This document shows, piece after piece, positions 1 through 9,455 of a stretch of 64,000 bases of DNA. Each line of letters starts with the position of its first letter. Positions within the stretch are counted from its first letter, which is position 1. The position numbers and the translations under genes are program-made. The notes below the pieces were generated by a model. It had not been told where the DNA came from. It worked only from the letters and a program-made list of their open reading frames with translations, and ran no database searches. Origin of the DNA: an uncultured Candidatus Entotheonella sp. (GTDB lineage Bacteria > Tectomicrobia > Entotheonellia > Entotheonellales > Entotheonellaceae); the NCBI GenBank assembly GCA_965217185.1, contig OZ244252.1:3744001-3808000 (forward strand), written 5' to 3'.

Positions 1-450
1 CTTGGGGCCGCTGATGTCCGAGAGCTCGACCACCGTGCCGGGATGCCCCTCGGTCTGGAAGTAGACGAAGCGTCCCGGGTCCCCGACGCGCCCGGACTGG
101 CCAATGACGTAGCCGGCGTCGAGGGCGCGCGCGAGGTCGGCCTCGAACGTGGTTGTCCAATACGCAACGTGCTGCAGGCCCTCGTGCCCTGCCTGCAGGA
201 AATCGTGGTACATCGACGGCCCGTCGTTGCGTTGCTGGATAAGCTCGATTTGCAAGGTGCCCGAGTTCGCCAGGGCAATCGAGACCTCGGCGGGTGAGGG
301 CGTCCCCTTATAGGTGAAATCCACAATGGGCGCGCGGTCGATGTAGTACCACGGGCCAACGTCCAACACCTCGATCCAGTGCCGCATGGCGGCCTGGATG
401 TCTCGCACTACGTAGCCATTCTGGGTAACGGCTCCAAAGAATCGGCTCAT
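1..450 (-). CDS. VOC/glyoxalase family protein (3' end runs off the window)
   Basis: Not in the ORF track. Manual translation from ATG at 450 gives MSRFFGAVTQNGYVVRDIQAAMRHW...QIELIQ...GLQHVAY...TVVELSD, a typical VOC (methylmalonyl-CoA epimerase-like) pattern; AGGAG RBS upstream. Confidence 0.85.
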   Translation of the reverse strand, partial: MSRFFGAVTQNGYVVRDIQAAMRHWIEVLDVGPWYYIDRAPIVDFTYKGTPSPAEVSIALANSGTLQIELIQQRNDGPSMYHDFLQAGHEGLQHVAYWTTTFEADLARALDAGYVIGQSGRVGDPGRFVYFQTEGHPGTVVELSDISGPK

Positions 451-480
451 CTGCTTTCTCCTCTACGGTGGCGCCGTATG

Positions 481-532
481 GCAGGAATTGCCTCCGGCAG
501 GAATTGCCTCCGGCAGGAATTGCCTCCGGCAG
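481..532. repeat. 16-bp tandem repeat GCAGGAATTGCCTCCG x3.25
   Basis: Three exact head-to-tail copies plus GCAG, in the divergent intergenic region between the VOC gene and cvpA. Confidence 0.95.
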
Positions 533-670
533 TGTTGTCGGCTAATGACGGTTTGACCTCCCCGCGGGCAAGCGGTAGACTGCCACCCCTCCCAAACGTG
601 TCTGCTGGCCGCGACGCAACGCAAGCCATTGGCCGCACAAACCAACCCTCGAAGGTGACGGAGTTGCCGC

Positions 671-1321
671 ATGGAGAGTGGTATCCATTGGTTCGACTTG
701 GCGATGATTGTGATCTTGATTCTGAGCGGTATCTGGAGCCTGTTTCGGGGTTTCTTGCGGGAAATGCTGTCGTTGCTGGGTTTTGTCGTGGTGGTGACGC
801 TGTCGGTATACGCCTATCCCTACGTGTTCGTTGCCCTGGAGGGGGTCGTCAGTGAAAACTGGGTGCGGCAGGTTGTCGGCATGGCGCTGGTCTTCATCGC
901 CGCGGTGGTGCTTTTCGTCGCCTTCATCAGATTGGGGGCGGTGTTGACCCATGCGATGGGCCTTTCCATTCTCGACCGGCTGTTGGGTTTTTGCTTCGGC
1001 TTGCTGAAGGTCGTTGTCTTCGTTTCCCTGCTGTTCCTGGTGGGCAACAAATTTTTGCCCGATCTGACGATCCTGCTGACCCATACGTCCATTCTGGGCC
1101 CGACGTTCGGCTACACCGCCAGCCTGCTGGAAAGGACGATCCTGGAGCAAGGTGTTAGCGTCCTTGAGGAGTCGCCCATTATGCCGGAACAACTGCCCGC
1201 CCTCCCGGAGTTGCCGGAACTGCCGGAACTGCCGGAGGTCGTCGAGCCGTATATGCCGGACCCGTTCGCCCCGGATGACCCCGCCCCCGACAATGGCGCC
1301 CCGGCGCCCGAGGCGCAATAG
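671..1321 (+). CDS. cvpA: CvpA family membrane protein with Pro/Glu-rich C-terminal tail
   Basis: WFDLAMIVILILSG..RGFLRE N-terminus, LDRLLGFCFG motif, four hydrophobic segments; LPE-repeat tail. Confidence 0.85.
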   Translation: MESGIHWFDLAMIVILILSGIWSLFRGFLREMLSLLGFVVVVTLSVYAYPYVFVALEGVVSENWVRQVVGMALVFIAAVVLFVAFIRLGAVLTHAMGLSILDRLLGFCFGLLKVVVFVSLLFLVGNKFLPDLTILLTHTSILGPTFGYTASLLERTILEQGVSVLEESPIMPEQLPALPELPELPELPEVVEPYMPDPFAPDDPAPDNGAPAPEAQ

Positions 1322-1337
1322 AGCCGCGCTTCCCGGC

Positions 1338-1946
1338 TTATTCCTCGGCCTTGGCCGCATCGGTTTTGCTGAAGGTCTGGCGTACTTCCTGATTGGCCTC
1401 GATGAGCCGCTGCATGCGCTCCGTCGCTTCCTGCCGCATGAAGTCCTCCACGCACGACAGCACCACGCGACCGGCCAGCGTATTGACGTTGGCAATCTCC
1501 GGCAGCGCGTAGGCTTCCGGGTCCTTCTGCATAGCAGCGATGCGCTCGGCGACCGTGTCGTTGTCGTACATCTCCTCGAAGCCGTAGCGATAGCGCAGCC
1601 GCACGTAATCCCGCTCCTTCGTCGACTCGCCGTTCGCCTCCTGTTGCACGATGTTTTCCATGTCCATTTCTTCCGGACGCTTGGCGTCGCTGGCGAGGAA
1701 TCCCTCAATAGCCGCGAAGTAGTTGGTGAACTCGTCCCGATCCAGATCGTCCTGAGGGATTTTGGAGCTGATCTCCAGCTCAACGGCGTCCCCGTTGATG
1801 GCCGGCGTGCTGACCTCGTACGTGATGCCGTCGAGGTGGAAGCGGTTCTCGCGCTTGGCCTGGTACTGCGACTGGAACGACTCGATACAACTCGTCACCC
1901 CATTGGCAACAAATTGGTGGAATAACTGCTGCCTGAAACCTGACAT
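1338..1946 (-). CDS. hypothetical acidic protein
   Basis: 202-aa ORF with host-like codon usage and GGAG RBS; no family recognised. Confidence 0.7.
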   Translation of the reverse strand: MSGFRQQLFHQFVANGVTSCIESFQSQYQAKRENRFHLDGITYEVSTPAINGDAVELEISSKIPQDDLDRDEFTNYFAAIEGFLASDAKRPEEMDMENIVQQEANGESTKERDYVRLRYRYGFEEMYDNDTVAERIAAMQKDPEAYALPEIANVNTLAGRVVLSCVEDFMRQEATERMQRLIEANQEVRQTFSKTDAAKAEE

Positions 1947-2180
1947 CCCTTGTACTCCCTATGTGCGAGACCCGCGCGCGGGCCTTGACGCATCGTAACT
2001 GCTGCTCCCGCCAACCGCCTGGCGGCGCCGAATCTGCCCTTGCGGCATCCACTCAATGGATACGTTGACTATGGATGGAGTGGCGCCAGTATAGACACGC
2101 CCTCCACTCGGCGCAACGCCGAAGCGCGCGCCGTCGCCGTTCTTGACGCTGCTCGCCGGTGTCAATTAGACTGACTGCCT

Positions 2181-4055
2181 ATGACTCTTCTGCGCATAAG
2201 CAATATCACCAAGACCTTCGCCGGGGTGCCGGTTCTGCAAGATGTTTCCTGGCAGATCGAAGCCGGGCGCAAGATCGGCCTGGTGGGCGTCAACGGCAGC
2301 GGCAAAAGCACCCTCCTCAATCTCCTCAGCGGCATGATGAGCGCCGACCGCGGCGCCATCGAAATGGCGCGCCAGATGCGCCTCGGCTACCTCACCCAGG
2401 AAATGGCGGCCGAGGGCGACCGGACGCTGTACGACGAGGTGCGCGAGGCGTTCCGCCCCCTGCTGGACATGCAAACGGAGATGACCCGTCTGGAAACGCG
2501 CATGGCGCAGCAGCAGGCCGACGACGCCGACATGCAGCGCTACGGGGCGCTGATGGAGGAGTTCAACGCTCGGCAGGGCTATGCCATCCGGGCGCGCGTC
2601 GAGGCCACGCTGTCCGGGCTGGGGTTCCGCCCCGAGGCGCTGCAAACGTCGGTTCGGCACCTCAGCGGCGGCCAGAAGAATATCGCCGCCCTGGCCCGCG
2701 TGCTCCTGCAAGAGCCCGATCTGCTGCTGCTCGACGAGCCCTCGAACCACCTCGACGTGCAGGCGACGGAATGGCTGGAAGGCGTCCTGCGGGATTATGC
2801 CGGCGCCGTCGTGGTCGTGTCGCACGATCGCTATTTTCTCGACCGCACCGTCGATGAGATCGTCGAGCTGGAGCAGCAAAACCTGCAGCGTTATCCCGGC
2901 AACTATTCTGCCTATGTGGTCGCCAAGGCGCTGCGCCGCGAGCAGCAGACAAAGGCGTACGAACAGCAACAGGCCGAGATCGAGCGCCACGAGGAGTTCA
3001 TCCGTCGCAATATGGCGGGGCAGAACACCAAGCAGGCGCAGAGCCGCCAGAAGATGCTGGCGCGCATCGAGCGGCTTGACAAGCCGGGCGGCGACGGCCG
3101 CCGTATGAACGTGCAGTTCGCCGCCAACCGGCGTGAGAACCACGAGGTGCTGGTGTGCCACAATCTGCAAAAGCGCTACGGCGACCGCGAGGTGCTGCGG
3201 CGCTTGTCGTTTACCGTCTACAGGGGCGAGAAGGTCGGCCTGACGGGGCCGAACGGGGCCGGCAAGAGCACCCTGCTGCGCCTGCTGATGGGCCAGGAAA
3301 CGCCCGACGGAGGCGCCCTGCACGCCGGCAGCAACATTGCCGTGGCGTATTACGATCAGGAACTGGGCAGCCTGCAAGCGCGCAACACCGTCCTCGACGA
3401 GGTATGGCAGGCGGCGCCGGATTGGACGCAGGGCGAGATGCGCAGCCATCTAGGCCGCTTCTTGTTTTCGGGCGATGAGGTGTTGCAGACCATCGGCAGC
3501 CTCAGCGGCGGCCAGAAGAGCCGCGTGGCGCTGGCCAAGCTGATGCTGACCAAGGCCAACCTGCTGGTGCTCGACGAGCCGACCAACCACCTGGACATCC
3601 CCGCCTGCGAGATGCTCGAGCAGGCCCTGGCCGACTACCCCGGCACCCTGCTGATCGTGTCGCACGACCGCTATTTTCTGGACCGCGTCATCGACCGGCT
3701 GCTGCTCCTGCACGATGGCACGTGCACGTCGCACGCCGGCAATTATTCCGATTACCAGGCGGCCATGACGGCCCCGGCGCCCACCCCGGTGGCTAAGGTT
3801 CGCAAGAAAGCGCCGCTGCCTCCCCGGCGCCGTGGCGTCAAACGGCGCACGCCGGGCTCCATCGAGCGTGAAATCGCGCAGGTCGAGGCGGAAATCGCCG
3901 CTCTGCAGGCCGAATTGGATGCCCGTCACGACCCCAGCGACTGGCAGCAGCTTGCCGACATCAGCAGCCGACAAGGGGACGCCTCGGAACGGCTGCAACA
4001 GCTTTTGGAAGAGTGGGAAAACAGCATGGCCATCGAAGAAGGGAGCGTGAGTTGA
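2181..4055 (+). CDS. ABC-F family ATPase (YheS/Uup-like)
   Basis: Two ABC cassettes (GVNGSGKS, LSGGQ, LLLDEPSNHLD; GPNGAGKS, LSGGQ, LVLDEPTNHLD), no TM segments, C-terminal coiled coil. Confidence 0.95.
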   Translation: MTLLRISNITKTFAGVPVLQDVSWQIEAGRKIGLVGVNGSGKSTLLNLLSGMMSADRGAIEMARQMRLGYLTQEMAAEGDRTLYDEVREAFRPLLDMQTEMTRLETRMAQQQADDADMQRYGALMEEFNARQGYAIRARVEATLSGLGFRPEALQTSVRHLSGGQKNIAALARVLLQEPDLLLLDEPSNHLDVQATEWLEGVLRDYAGAVVVVSHDRYFLDRTVDEIVELEQQNLQRYPGNYSAYVVAKALRREQQTKAYEQQQAEIERHEEFIRRNMAGQNTKQAQSRQKMLARIERLDKPGGDGRRMNVQFAANRRENHEVLVCHNLQKRYGDREVLRRLSFTVYRGEKVGLTGPNGAGKSTLLRLLMGQETPDGGALHAGSNIAVAYYDQELGSLQARNTVLDEVWQAAPDWTQGEMRSHLGRFLFSGDEVLQTIGSLSGGQKSRVALAKLMLTKANLLVLDEPTNHLDIPACEMLEQALADYPGTLLIVSHDRYFLDRVIDRLLLLHDGTCTSHAGNYSDYQAAMTAPAPTPVAKVRKKAPLPPRRRGVKRRTPGSIEREIAQVEAEIAALQAELDARHDPSDWQQLADISSRQGDASERLQQLLEEWENSMAIEEGSVS

Positions 4056-4426
4056 ATACCCCAGATCTGATCATCCTGATCGACGCCGATTACCGGCGCT
4101 TGCGGCGTGAACTCAAGGAAGCGGGGCTCGATCTGTGCTACATGGCGCAGTCGGATCGACCCGTGCGCCTCAAGTGGTCCCCGGACCTCTTCCAACGAGC
4201 GGATTTTCTGCAACATCTGGCGCAACGTCGGCCAAGCGATTCCAGCTACTGCGTGGCGTCGGTGTCCCTCCTCAAGAAAGCCACCTGGTTCCAGCCCGAT
4301 CAGTTCGCCGTCACCTTCCATGCCGTCGGTGACTTGTACGGTGCGGACCTGGACAAGTATCTGGTCGAACACAACGTGCAGAGCAGCGCCGAGATGTCGC
4401 GCGACGTGCTGGCCCGCACGGCTTAG
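4052..4426 (+). CDS. hypothetical protein
   Basis: Probable TTG start overlapping the ABC-F stop (TTGA coupling); about 124 aa with host-like codons. Confidence 0.55.
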   Translation: MNTPDLIILIDADYRRLRRELKEAGLDLCYMAQSDRPVRLKWSPDLFQRADFLQHLAQRRPSDSSYCVASVSLLKKATWFQPDQFAVTFHAVGDLYGADLDKYLVEHNVQSSAEMSRDVLARTA

Positions 4427-4523
4427 CGGCGTCGCGCGCTGACGCGAGCGGCACTCGTGTCTTAATATGTCCTGTCTCGCTGACGCTCGCAGGGCTGTGG
4501 ACAGGCGGCGGAGGCCGTCCCTC

Positions 4524-5867
4524 ATGACCAGCGTTTCTCTTGCTGATTGGATTTCCGGCCTGAGCTTCGAAGCCCTGCCGCGCCGCGTCCGCAGCCGCGC
4601 CAAGCTGGCCGTGTTCGACGCCTGCGGCGCGGCGCTGGCCGGCACGCACCATCCGGCGGTGCAGCACGTGCGGCGTCTGATCGCGGACACGGATTCGGCG
4701 CCGCGGGTTCGCGTCATCGGCGACCCGTCGCTGCGTGTGAGCCAGCTCGATGCCGCCTGGCTGCTGGGCACCATGACGGACGCCTATCTCTATAGCAACG
4801 TTCACGTTCCCAGCGGCGGTCATTTCACCTCGGTTCTGCTGCCGGTTCTGCTGGCTGTGAGCGAGGTTCAAGAGGTCAGTGGGCCGGAAGCGCTGACGGC
4901 ATACGTCGCCGGCTACGAAGTTGCGGCGCGGCTGGCGGCGGTTGCGGGTTCCGACCGGCAGCGTGGGCACATGACCGCCGTTGCCGGGACGATGGGTGCG
5001 ACGGCAGCCGCGGGACGGCTGCTGGGCCTGTCGCCCGAGCAGTTGCGCCATGCCTTCGTGATGGCCGCAGGTGAGACGACCGGCGGCGATGACTCGGAGA
5101 TGCCGAGCGGCCGCGCCGCGCGCCGCGGGCTGCTCAGCGCTGTGCAGGCGGGTCAGGACTTCAACAGCGGCGACGTGAAGACCGGCGAGGAACTGGCGGC
5201 TTGGCTGGCGCTTTTTGGGGATGGATCATTTCAGACCGACAGGGTGCTGAAAAGCTGGGGCGACGATTTCGCCCTGGACCGCGCCGAGTTGCACTTCAAG
5301 CTGTACCCGACTGACATCGCCGCGCATGGCTTCATCGACGCCGCGTTGGCGCTGCATCAACAGGGCATCGAGCCCGATCAGGTGCGGCGTCTCGTTTGCC
5401 GGGTGAGCCCGTCCGCCGCGCCGTCCCTTTCCTTTGCGCCCGCCACGCCACAGCAGGCGCAGCGCAGCCTGCCGTATGCCGTCGCGGTGGCCTTGTGCGA
5501 CGGCCGGGTGGGCTTGCCGCAGTTCAACCCCTCCCGCGTGTCGGCTGACGAGGTGCAAGCCCTGATGGGGCGCGTCGAGGTGGAGCAGGACGCATCCTTC
5601 GAGGCGCTGGACGGTTCTGACCCCTCCGCCGTTTTGCGAGCCGACCTCAACGACGGGCGCAGCCTGATCGAAACCGTCGAACACGCCCGCGGCAGCCCGC
5701 AGCGCCCCCCGACGCGTCCCGAGTTCGAGGCCAAGTTTCGCCAGTGCGCCGCTGCCGTATTGTCAACCGAGCGGACGCTGCTCGCGGCGCGCTGCCTGTA
5801 TCAGCTCGACACCCTGCCGGATCTGCGCGGCTTGGTGGACATCCTCAGTACGGCGCCGCGCTCCTGA
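4524..5867 (+). CDS. MmgE/PrpD family protein (divergent)
   Basis: LADWISGLSFEALP..AKLAVFD..GAALAG N-terminus, AGYEV, FKLYP, RGSPQRP..EFEAKFR C-terminus; GGAGG RBS before ATG 4524. Confidence 0.85.
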   Translation: MTSVSLADWISGLSFEALPRRVRSRAKLAVFDACGAALAGTHHPAVQHVRRLIADTDSAPRVRVIGDPSLRVSQLDAAWLLGTMTDAYLYSNVHVPSGGHFTSVLLPVLLAVSEVQEVSGPEALTAYVAGYEVAARLAAVAGSDRQRGHMTAVAGTMGATAAAGRLLGLSPEQLRHAFVMAAGETTGGDDSEMPSGRAARRGLLSAVQAGQDFNSGDVKTGEELAAWLALFGDGSFQTDRVLKSWGDDFALDRAELHFKLYPTDIAAHGFIDAALALHQQGIEPDQVRRLVCRVSPSAAPSLSFAPATPQQAQRSLPYAVAVALCDGRVGLPQFNPSRVSADEVQALMGRVEVEQDASFEALDGSDPSAVLRADLNDGRSLIETVEHARGSPQRPPTRPEFEAKFRQCAAAVLSTERTLLAARCLYQLDTLPDLRGLVDILSTAPRS

Positions 5868-5896
5868 GTCCCTATCCCCTTGAACTGGAGGTTAAG

Positions 5897-6346
5897 ATGG
5901 CAATCGACATTCCCTTCGGGCAGCCCGTTTCCGTGTTGTCCGACGACCCTGGAGATAGCGCCGCACGCGCCGCACAGGCGCAGGCGGCCTTGGCGGCGGG
6001 CGAAATCGACGCGGCGGCTTGCCGCGAACGGCTGAGCGCGATTGCGTCGGCGTATCCCGCCTCGTTGAACGCCTGGGCGACGCTCGGCGAGTTGGCGTTG
6101 TCCGATGACGTGGTCGCGGCGTACGCCTTTTTCCGCGTCGGTTACCACCGCGGTCTCGACCGCGCCCGTGCCAGCGGCTGGAACGGCACGCAGCAACTGC
6201 GCTGGCAGGACGAGCCCAACCAGCCGTTCCTGCGTTGCCTGAACGGGCTGCGGCAGGCCGCCGAGGCCATCGGCGAGACCGCGGAGGTGACGCGAATCAG
6301 TCATTTCCTGCGCGACCTCGACCCCGACCACCCGTTGGACTCGTAA
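5897..6346 (+). CDS. DUF3151 family protein
   Basis: AYAFFRVGYHRGLDRARASGWNG...W..EPNQPFLRCL motif typical of DUF3151; GGAGG RBS. Confidence 0.75.
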   Translation: MAIDIPFGQPVSVLSDDPGDSAARAAQAQAALAAGEIDAAACRERLSAIASAYPASLNAWATLGELALSDDVVAAYAFFRVGYHRGLDRARASGWNGTQQLRWQDEPNQPFLRCLNGLRQAAEAIGETAEVTRISHFLRDLDPDHPLDS

Positions 6347-6383
6347 CGCACCGGCCCGTGCGCGAACGCCGAGGCGAGGCTTT

Positions 6384-7265
6384 ATGACGACCCTAGAGGA
6401 TGTCATTCTGGCGCAGGACAGGAGGGGCGTTGCGGCTCTGCGGCAGTATCTTCCGGTCGACTTCTGCGAGTCGGCGGCGCGGTTTCTGCTGCAGCACACG
6501 GGAACGGTGCTGATTGCCACCGGCTTCTACGTCCAGCGCGCCGCCGCGCCCGAAACCGACGGCCCACCGGGAGCGCTGGCTCTGGGGCGGGCGCTGGCAG
6601 CCCTGGGCAACCGGGTGGTGTACGTCAGTGATGCCTACACGGCGCCCCTGCTGGCCGATCTGGCCTCGGACGATACGGAAACAATAGACTTCCCCATCGC
6701 TGATGACGCCACGAGCCGTCAGGTTGCCCGCGACCTGCTTGACCGTATCGCGCCAACCGTTCTGGTCGCCATCGAACGCTGCGGCCTCACCCGCAGCGGA
6801 ACCTACCTGAATATGCGCGGCCAGGACATCTCCCTGCACACCGCCCGGATCGACCACCTTTTCTTGCAACATCCGCACACCGTCGGCATCGGCGATGGCG
6901 GCAACGAGATCGGCATGGGAAACTTGGCGCCGCGCATCCCCGAGGTGGCCACCCTGCCCAACGACCCTGCCGTCACCCGCACGACCCACCTGGTCATCGC
7001 CAGCGTCGCCAACTGGGGCGCCTATGGCGTGGTGGCCGCGCTGTCCCGGCTGGCGGGCCGAAATCTGCTGCCGCGGCCTGCCGACGAGTCGGCCTGCATT
7101 CGTCGATTGGTCTCACTAGGGGCGGTGGACGGCGTGACCGGCGCCGCCGATTGCACGGTGGACAGCTTCAATCTGTCCGAAAATACGACGGTCCTTGACC
7201 GGCTGAACGGTCTGGTGGAGGTCGAGGGGATTCGGCGGGAAGGCGCGGCAGGGCAGGGTCTGTAG
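6384..7265 (+). CDS. D-glutamate cyclase-like C-terminal domain protein (DUF4392)
   Basis: ETDGPPGA, IERCG, YLNMRG, GIGDGGNEIGMG and SVANWGAY motifs. Confidence 0.85.
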   Translation: MTTLEDVILAQDRRGVAALRQYLPVDFCESAARFLLQHTGTVLIATGFYVQRAAAPETDGPPGALALGRALAALGNRVVYVSDAYTAPLLADLASDDTETIDFPIADDATSRQVARDLLDRIAPTVLVAIERCGLTRSGTYLNMRGQDISLHTARIDHLFLQHPHTVGIGDGGNEIGMGNLAPRIPEVATLPNDPAVTRTTHLVIASVANWGAYGVVAALSRLAGRNLLPRPADESACIRRLVSLGAVDGVTGAADCTVDSFNLSENTTVLDRLNGLVEVEGIRREGAAGQGL

Positions 7266-7339
7266 CGGCCCAAAGCGTTTCGTTCTCTGTGGAATCGAAA
7301 GTCCGTCAAAGCCTGATCTTGCGATACGACCTGTTTATA

Positions 7340-7353
7340 GACTAAATTCAGTC
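7340..7353. promoter_or_regulatory. putative TA autorepression operator GACTAAATTCAGTC
   Basis: Imperfect palindrome about 20 bp upstream of the antitoxin start, as expected for Phd-type operators. Confidence 0.5.
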
Positions 7354-7372
7354 CGAAAAGGAGGTGACGTCC

Positions 7373-7648
7373 ATGAAACTGTCCAGACAGATCAAGCCGA
7401 TCAGTTACCTTAAAGCCCATGCCGCCGAGATTGTGCGCACGCTCGGGACCCAAGGGGAACCCCTGGTCATTACCCAGAACGGTGAGGCCAAGGCGGTCAT
7501 GCAGGATATCGGAAGCTACGAGCAGACACAGGAAACCATGGCACTGCTCAAGATCCTCGCGCTGGGGGGCCGTCAGGTCGAAGCGGGTCAGGTGCAACCC
7601 GCTGCCGATGTGATCGCGCGGCTCCGGGAGCGGCAACAGGCTCGCTGA
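7373..7648 (+). CDS. Phd/YefM family antitoxin
   Basis: IKPISYLKAHAAEIV...EPLVITQNGEAKAV; AGGAGG RBS; stop overlaps the toxin start. Confidence 0.9.
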   Translation: MKLSRQIKPISYLKAHAAEIVRTLGTQGEPLVITQNGEAKAVMQDIGSYEQTQETMALLKILALGGRQVEAGQVQPAADVIARLRERQQAR

Positions 7649-7974
7649 TGTCATTCCTGGTTCAGCTGACCGATGACGCGACGCGCGACTTGGAGGAGGT
7701 CTGCGATTACATCGACCGGAACGATGCGCCGGGCCGGGCGGATTACGTTCTGAATCAGATCGAAAAGGCGCTTCGGAGCCTATCTGAGCATCCCCGACGC
7801 GGCAACTACCCGAAGGAACTGCTGGACCTTGGAATTCGAGAGTATCGCGAGCTCTTCTTCGAGCCTTACCACATCATCTACCGCGTGATCGAAAGCAATG
7901 TCTACATGCTGGTCATCGCTGATGGACGGCGTGACATGCAGTCGTTGTTGCAGCGGCGCTTGCTGCAGGCATAG
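7648..7974 (+). CDS. RelE/ParE family toxin
   Basis: V.LTDDATRDLEEVCDYI...LSEHPRRG...YHIIYRV...IADGRRDMQSLL. Confidence 0.9.
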   Translation: MSFLVQLTDDATRDLEEVCDYIDRNDAPGRADYVLNQIEKALRSLSEHPRRGNYPKELLDLGIREYRELFFEPYHIIYRVIESNVYMLVIADGRRDMQSLLQRRLLQA

Positions 7975-8010
7975 AGACAGCTTCCGTTGGCCAGCGCCGC
8001 CTGGTCGGCT

Positions 8011-8039
8011 ACTTCTGATAACCCCGTGTTATGTCAAAT
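8011..8039 (+). other. dif-like XerC/XerD site 1: ACTTCTGATAA-CCCCGTG-TTATGTCAAAT
   Basis: 11-bp arms flanking a 7-bp spacer; the right arm differs by 1 nt from the E. coli XerD arm TTATGTTAAAT. Confidence 0.8.
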
Positions 8040-8089
8040 TTTCGTGCAACTGCCCGTAGCGGGCCTCGACTGTGACCGCTTTTAGATCG

Positions 8090-8650
8090 TCAACGCTGAG
8101 CGTCGAAGACACATTTGAAAGTGATAACTCGTGCCTTGATGCTATAGCTAGCTCCTGAACGTCCTGCCACCTCGGTAGCCACAATCATGCGCATGCCGGT
8201 ATGTATGACAAAGCTAAGCATGCCCTCTTCACCAGTAAGCCCTCGGTTTGGCTTGACAACCATCAGCATATCGTCATCGACATCCATAATGATGGCAGGG
8301 TTGTTGTCAATTAGCATGACATGAGTGTTATCAACAAGAAAATACTGGAAAATCCATGGTTCACCTCCGAATTTTTCTCCCTCACTCCATCCCTCATCGG
8401 GGGTTAGTTGTAGCCCATCAGGCGCGTAAATCCCGGTCCTGAACGCCTTTATATGCTCGTCTTCGCATACGGCCTGAAATGGAGGCATGGCACTCGCTAA
8501 TTTCGGCAATAGCATCACAGTAGAGGTGAGCAAGAGGGCAGTGATTAGTTGTTTGACCGCCCTACGCTGCACATCATGTTCCATCTCGACCATTAGTTTT
8601 CTCTCAGTTCTAGGGTGGCAAGGCGTCAACGGTTCCTCTATCGACACCAT
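8090..8650 (-). CDS. hypothetical, probably exported protein (cassette 1)
   Basis: Fills the interval between sites 1 and 2; AT-richer; hydrophobic stretch LITALLLTSTVMLLPKLASA resembles a signal peptide; the true start may be a downstream ATG (near 8593). Confidence 0.65.
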   Translation of the reverse strand: MVSIEEPLTPCHPRTERKLMVEMEHDVQRRAVKQLITALLLTSTVMLLPKLASAMPPFQAVCEDEHIKAFRTGIYAPDGLQLTPDEGWSEGEKFGGEPWIFQYFLVDNTHVMLIDNNPAIIMDVDDDMLMVVKPNRGLTGEEGMLSFVIHTGMRMIVATEVAGRSGASYSIKARVITFKCVFDAQR

Positions 8651-8656
8651 TCAACA

Positions 8657-8684
8657 ACTTACGATAAGAGCAATTATGTCACCT
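8657..8684 (+). other. dif-like XerC/XerD site 2: ACTTACGATAA-GAGCAA-TTATGTCACCT
   Basis: Canonical 11-6-11 (28 bp) architecture, same orientation as site 1. Confidence 0.85.
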
Positions 8685-8712
8685 TTAGCCAAGACTTCAC
8701 GCTTCCTTCGGA

Positions 8713-9408
8713 ATGGTCATGCTTGAGACACGGATAACTATTGCCCTTGTAGTTCTCGCGGTTGTAGCACTTATTGGCGGTTTCTTTAACGCACCGGAGC
8801 CTGAAGCAAAAAACGTTTTGCACACAGTGTCTATGGGGTTCGTGGTAAGTGTCATTTTTTACTTTATCGTTGTGTGGGTCCCAAGGTGCCGACAGAAACG
8901 CCGACTGCGCCGCCATCTGCAAAAGCAATACGATGCCTTTAGATTGAGGTGTATACATGAATTTTTGATCGCGAATGGATCGTCACAAAGACATTACCCT
9001 GGGCGACGACAGAGGAGAGCACTCCTGCAGAAGAATGAGTTCTGTCGCTTTTTCCGTACCGTCCAAATAAACGACGACGGCCAAACTCGCTGGGATGTCG
9101 TAATGGAAACACTCGATGATGATACATATGGAACCCTTAAAGATATCTTGCATGAGTTGGAAATATTGAGGGAAAATATTATATATGCTCTTAATCATAT
9201 TGATATTCATGACGACGAAGTGTTTGAATTTTTACAGCATCTGTCTCATGTCATCCTTTGCGTTAAAGATGTCGATCCAAGAACATATTATCGAAATGCA
9301 GACATGAGGAGGCTGGAAGGAACTCTTTTTACGATTTTTACGGGCTGGAGTATCACCACAGGATTTCAGAAGGAAGACATCATCCAATCCATGATCGAAC
9401 GAATCTGA
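8713..9408 (+). CDS. hypothetical membrane protein (cassette 2)
   Basis: 231 aa, two N-terminal TM helices then a soluble helical region; strongly AT-rich; lies between sites 2 and 3. Confidence 0.75.
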   Translation: MVMLETRITIALVVLAVVALIGGFFNAPEPEAKNVLHTVSMGFVVSVIFYFIVVWVPRCRQKRRLRRHLQKQYDAFRLRCIHEFLIANGSSQRHYPGRRQRRALLQKNEFCRFFRTVQINDDGQTRWDVVMETLDDDTYGTLKDILHELEILRENIIYALNHIDIHDDEVFEFLQHLSHVILCVKDVDPRTYYRNADMRRLEGTLFTIFTGWSITTGFQKEDIIQSMIERI

Positions 9409-9427
9409 ATCCAACTAATCAGGTTCA

Positions 9428-9455
9428 ACTTCCGATAAGGGGGGTTATGTCACCT
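9428..9455 (+). other. dif-like XerC/XerD site 3: ACTTCCGATAA-GGGGGG-TTATGTCACCT
   Basis: Canonical 11-6-11 architecture; right arm identical to that of site 2. Confidence 0.85.

Noticed and set aside
481..532. Mini-CRISPR
   Set aside because: The repeats are contiguous with no spacers.
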